From Macrostomum lignano (taxonomy: Eukaryota), in contig NIVC01004670.1 of NCBI GenBank assembly GCA_002269645.1, positions 1 through 38,504 of the forward strand: 38,504 nt of DNA, in the 5' to 3' direction. The translations under genes were made by a program, and so were the position numbers. Positions 34,209-38,504 of the stretch are shown piece after piece. Position 1 is the stretch's first letter. Each line of letters opens with the position of its first letter. The notes under the pieces were generated by a model. That model was not told the origin of the DNA and ran no database searches. It saw only the letters and a program-made list of their open reading frames with translations.

Positions 34209-34881
34209 GTCCCACTAACACCAATAGGTGAATAAAAAGCAAAAGTCAGGCAGAGCTGACGCCGCAAAAAGTTTATATTTACCAACAGTTATCTGCACAT
34301 GCACATGTAGTTATAAATACTGCATGTTAAATAATTTCCAGATAGAACGGACAGATCTGTCACGCGTGGGTTGGCCAGAGAATTTCACAGTGGAAAGTGC
34401 GAAAAGGTCGAATATGAAAATCGAGCAGGTCGGGGAAGCGGCCAAAAAGATGGATTTCCCGAAGGGATTGCTGAGCAGTGCAGCACACTGGTTGCTAGGG
34501 TGAACCGCACAGGTAAGCACAGGTGCGCGGGGAAGACAGATGAGAGGGGAATCAGTTTGTTGCATGCGATGTGCGCCTGCTTAATGTACTGTAGCCATTG
34601 GCTATGATCGAGTAGAGCATGAGGGCGGTGCGGACTAGGCAGAGATCAGTGCTGTACACGCAAATAGCTAATATTTCTAAAAATACTACTGCCTCGGGTC
34701 AGTAGTGCATTACGCATATGACGAGAAAAATCTTGCACATCTTAAAAACGCTTAAATGAACTGTGCGCATTAATGGGCTGACTGATAAAAGACATTTGCT
34801 GAGCTTCAAGTCACCTCCAGGGTGCTTTCATACAGAACCTACCGGAAATGCTAAGGCTGCTAAGAAACGAGCTGAAGACAA

Positions 34882-35170
34882 CCTGAAGGATTCCCAACAG
34901 TACAATCTGAAGGCAGCCTGAAGGATTCCCAACAGTACAATCTGAAGGCAGCCTGAAGGATTTCCAACAGTACAATCTGAAGGCAGCCTGAAGGATTCCC
35001 AACAGTACAATCTGAAGGCAGCCTGAAGGATTCCCAACAGTGCAATCTGAAGGCAGCCTGAAGGATTCCCAACAGTACAATCTGAAGGCAGCCTGAAGGA
35101 TTCCCAACAGTACAATCTGAAGGCAGCCTGAAGGATTCCCAACAGTACAATCTGAAGGCAGCTAGCCTGA
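34882..35170. repeat. 35-bp repeat (CCTGAAGGATTCCCAACAGTACAATCTGAAGGCAG), ~8 copies, just past the kinase stop
   Basis: Read directly. Confidence 0.94.
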
Positions 35171-35255
35171 AGGTGACCCGAAGTTGATCTCAGAAAGTTA
35201 ACTCTAAAAGGAAGTAACCAATATGGAGATCGCTACGCAAAGGATGGGCCGAGGC

Positions 35256-36144
35256 TCAGGCGAAGCTGCAGTCCCCCAGGGTGTCTATGGAGGAGGACAG
35301 GCAGGACACGCAGGACACCCCGGAGTCGTCGGTGACGCCGGTGCCCTCGCCGCAGGGCCGGCAACGGCGCGCGATCTCGAGGAACTCGATGAGGTCCTGA
35401 GACAGGTCCGGGTAGGACCAGGCCCGGTTCAGGCCGGAGGGCGAGCGCAGCTCGGGACCGGTGGGCAGCAGCAGGGCGGGGCCGTGGCGGCCGGCCTGCA
35501 GGCAGGACTTGTTCCGCTCCCAGCGCACCGTCACGAACGGGTTGTGCTTCATGCCGGGGTTCCAGCAGCGCTGCTGGTGCCGCCGCTCCTGCCAGCTCGC
35601 GTCCAGCCGTCGCTGCTCCACCAGCTCGTCCGCTTCGATGTCGGCGTCGGCCGTGGAGGCGACGTCGCGAACCGTCTCTACGGCGACGCCGGCCTCCAGC
35701 TTGTCGAGCAGGCGCATCAGGGCGCCGGCCAGGTCGGCGAAGCTGGGCCGCACCGCCGGCTCCTGGCTGCAGGCCGACAGCGCCAGCTGCAGCAGCGGCC
35801 GCGGGCAGTCGGGCGGCACCAGCGAGGACTCCAGCGCGGCGGCGTCGATGCCGAAGTCCGGCAGGCGCGGCAGGAAGTCGGGGTCGGCGGGCAGGCGGGT
35901 GAGCAGCTCGCACAGCACAATGCCGTAGCTGAACACGTCAGCCTTGGTGCTGAAGCCGCAGCGCGCATGCACTCGGGCGCCATCCAGAACGGGCTGCCGA
36001 CGCACTCCAGCAGGCGCTGCGTGCGTAGCGGGGCATCTTGATGGCCAGGCCGAAGTCCGCCACCACCGCCTGGTAGGGCCGGGCACCGCCCGCGTCAGTG
36101 CGGATCAGGATGTTCTTCGAGGCGATGTCGCGGTGGAAAAAGCC
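35256..36144 (-). CDS. TESK: TESK/cdi-type (LIMK/TESK family) kinase, terminal exon, with two apparent 1-nt deletions
   Basis: Acceptor CCTTCGCAG/GGC. GFFHRDIASKNILI, VVADFGLA, CVGSPFWMAPEC, KADVFSYGIVLCELLTRLPADPDFLPR..DFG (the TESK signature ADPDYLPR..DFGLD), CPRPLLQLA, HNPF. 889 nt + 2 = 297 codons. Confidence 0.9.
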
Positions 36145-36162
36145 CTGCGAAGGAGGGGGCGT

Positions 36163-36894
36163 ATCTGGTCACTCAATACTGCGTAATCACTCGTCTGGTC
36201 ACTCAATACTGCGTAATCACTCGTCTGGTCACTCAATACTGCGTAATCACTCGTCTGGTCACTCAATACTGCGTAATCACTCGTCTGGTCACCCAATACT
36301 GCGTAATCACTCGTCTGGTCACTCAATACTGCGTAATCACTCGTCTGGTCACCCAATACTGCGTAATCACTCGTCTGGTCACTCAATACTGCGTAATCAC
36401 TCGTCTGGTCACTCAATACTGTGTAATCACTCGTCTGGTCACTCAATACTGTGTAATCACTCGTCTGGTCACTCAATACTGTGTAATCACTCGTCTGGTC
36501 ACTCAATACTGCGTAATCACTCGTCTGGTCACCCAATACTGCGTAATCACTCGTCTGGTCACTCAATACTGCGTAATCACTCGTCTGGTCACTCAATACT
36601 GTGTAATCACTCGTCTGGTCACTCAATACTGTGTAATCACTCGTCTGGTCACTCAATACTGTGTAATCACTCGTCTGGTCACTCAATACTGCGTAATCAC
36701 TCGTCTGGTCACTCAATACTGTGTAATCACTCGTCTGGTCACTCAATACTGTGTAATCACTCGTCTGGTCACTCAATACTGTGTAATCACTCGTCTGGTC
36801 ACTCAATACTGTGTAATCACTCGTCTGGTCACTCAATACTGTGTAATCACTCGTCTGGTCACTCAATACTGTGTAATCACTCGTCTGGTCACTC
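36163..36894. repeat. 30-bp minisatellite (TCTGGTCACTCAATACTGYGTAATCACTCG), ~24 copies, kinase intron
   Basis: Read directly. Confidence 0.97.
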
Positions 36895-36957
36895 TAATTG
36901 CCAATGAAACAGATATGGTCATTATATTCGATAATGAGACATATTTGGTCACTCGAA

Positions 36958-37592
36958 TCAACAATGAGACCCATCTGGCACTCCAACAATCAACAATGAG
37001 ACTCATCTGGCACTCCAACAATCAACAATGAGACCCATCTGGAACTCCAATCAACAATGAGACCCATCTGGAACTCCAATCAACAATGAGACCATCTGGC
37101 ACTCCAACAATCAACAATGAGACCCATCTGGCACTCCAACAATCAACAATGAGACCCATCTGGCACTCCAACAATCAACAATGAGACCCATCTGGCACTC
37201 CAACAATCAACAATGAAACCCATCTGGAACTCCAATCAACAATGAGACCCATCTGGCACTCCAACAATCAACAATGAGACCCATCTGGCACTCCAACAAT
37301 CAACAATGAGACCCATCTGGCACTCCAACAATCAACAATGAAACCCATCTGGAACTCCAATCGACAATGAGACCCATCTGGAACTCCAATCAACAATGAG
37401 ACCCATCTGGCACTCCAACAATCAACAATGAGACCCATCTGGAACTCCAATCGACAATGAGACCCATCTGGCACTCCAACAATCAACAATGAGACCCATC
37501 TGGAACTCCAATCGACAATGAGACCCATCTGGCACTCCAACAATCAACAATGAGACCCATCTGGAACTCCAATCGACAATGAGACCCATCTG
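36958..37592. repeat. 29/32-bp minisatellite (AACAATGAGACCCATCTGG[C/A]ACTCCAA[CAA]TC), ~20 copies, same kinase intron
   Basis: Read directly. Confidence 0.95.
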
Positions 37593-37601
37593 CCAACACA
37601 C

Positions 37602-38107
37602 CTGTCCGTGCACATAGGCCATGGCCCGGGCAACATCCAGCGCCAGTCCCAGCCGCACCCTCCAGCTCAGCCGCCTGCCGGGCTCTGCCAGCAGCTGCTC
37701 CAGACTGCCGCCCTCGATGTAGTCGAACAGGCAGTGCAGCCGGCCGCCGTGGATGCAGACGCGTGTAGCGCAGCACGTTGGGTGACTGAGCTTGGACATG
37801 ATCTCGTGCTCGCGATAGCAGAGCGCTGGTTCGTCTCCCCGTTCATCTTCAGGGCCATCTGACGGCCGCTGCGCTCCAGGGTCACTCGGTACACGTTGGA
37901 GAAGAAGCCCTTGGCCAGCAGCTGCACGCTGCTGAAGTCCTGCAGGCTGTAAATCTCCTTCACCGCCAGCAGCAGCGCCGTGTTTCAGCCCGAGCGGAGC
38001 GGCGGCGCTTGCCGGGGGCGGCGAGCAGCGGAGGAGGTCCACAGCCACCGCCTTGCTCAGCCCGTTCAGCGCAGCCGCTGAAGGCGCTCCGACAGCGAGC
38101 TGTCGAC
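37602..38107 (-). CDS. TESK: TESK-type kinase exon (subdomains I-VIa), with several apparent deletions; 5' boundary tentative
   Basis: YSLQDF..LLAKGFFSNVYRV...QMALKMN, REHEIMSKLSHP(NVLRY.G)VCIHGGRLH.L.DYIEGGSLEQLL...LSWRVRLGLALDVARAMAYVH. Donor CAG/GTGTGT at 37602; candidate acceptor CCGCTAG/38107. Further 5' exons probably lie outside the window. Confidence 0.85.
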
Positions 38108-38183
38108 CTAGCGGGTGATGGGAAGAGGAAATGGTGAAGGATCGTGCAGATTAAAGGAACGCGGATTATCGAAATAAATATAG

Positions 38184-38504
38184 AGGATTTGTTGGACTAG
38201 CACCGTGGATTGTCGGACTAAAGCACCGTGGATTGTCTGACTAAAGCACCGTGGATTGTCTGACTAAAGCACCGTGGATTGTCGGACTAAAGCACGGTGG
38301 ATTGTCTGACTAAAGCACCGTGGATTGTCGGACTAAAGCACCGTGATTGTCGGACTAAAGCACCGTGGATTGTCGGACTAAAGCACCGTGGATTGTCGGA
38401 CTAAAGCACCGTGGATTGTCGGACTAAAGCACCGTGGATTGTCGGACTAAAGCACCGTGGATTGTCGGACTAAAGCACCGTGGATTGTCGGACTAAAGCA
38501 CCGT
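38184..38504. repeat. 23-bp minisatellite (GCACCGTGGATTGTCGGACTAAA), at least 13 copies, runs off the window
   Basis: Read directly. Confidence 0.96.

Noticed and set aside
30155-35330. The unknown gene being a spliced C-terminal extension of the TESK kinase
   Set aside because: The kinase exon ends with TESK-like tail motifs and a stop at 35256, and I found no phase-1 donor matching the 30154 acceptor. Not excluded without RNA data.

Overview
Eukaryotic (metazoan) genomic DNA: GC-rich spliced genes whose introns and intergenic gaps are packed with unrelated tandem repeats. This architecture resembles the flatworm Macrostomum lignano (inference, not verified). Genes reconstructed by eye from splice sites and motifs: the 3' end of an anoctamin/TMEM16 (+), a two-exon orphan rhodopsin-class GPCR (-) whose DRY motif is split by the intron, a stonin/stoned-B (+), a complete six-exon PTPDC1 (+), a large low-complexity gene of unknown identity (-, at least 5 exons) and a TESK/cdi-type kinase (-). 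Anoctamin, stonin and TESK carry several apparent 1-2 nt deletions, most simply long-read consensus errors. Mobile DNA: a 297-bp MITE (14-bp TIRs, 8-bp TSD) inside a satellite, and two different tRNA-headed SINE-like elements sharing a conserved core. About 25 distinct tandem arrays are present; almost every intron has its own. No CRISPR, rRNA or intact tRNA gene is supported.
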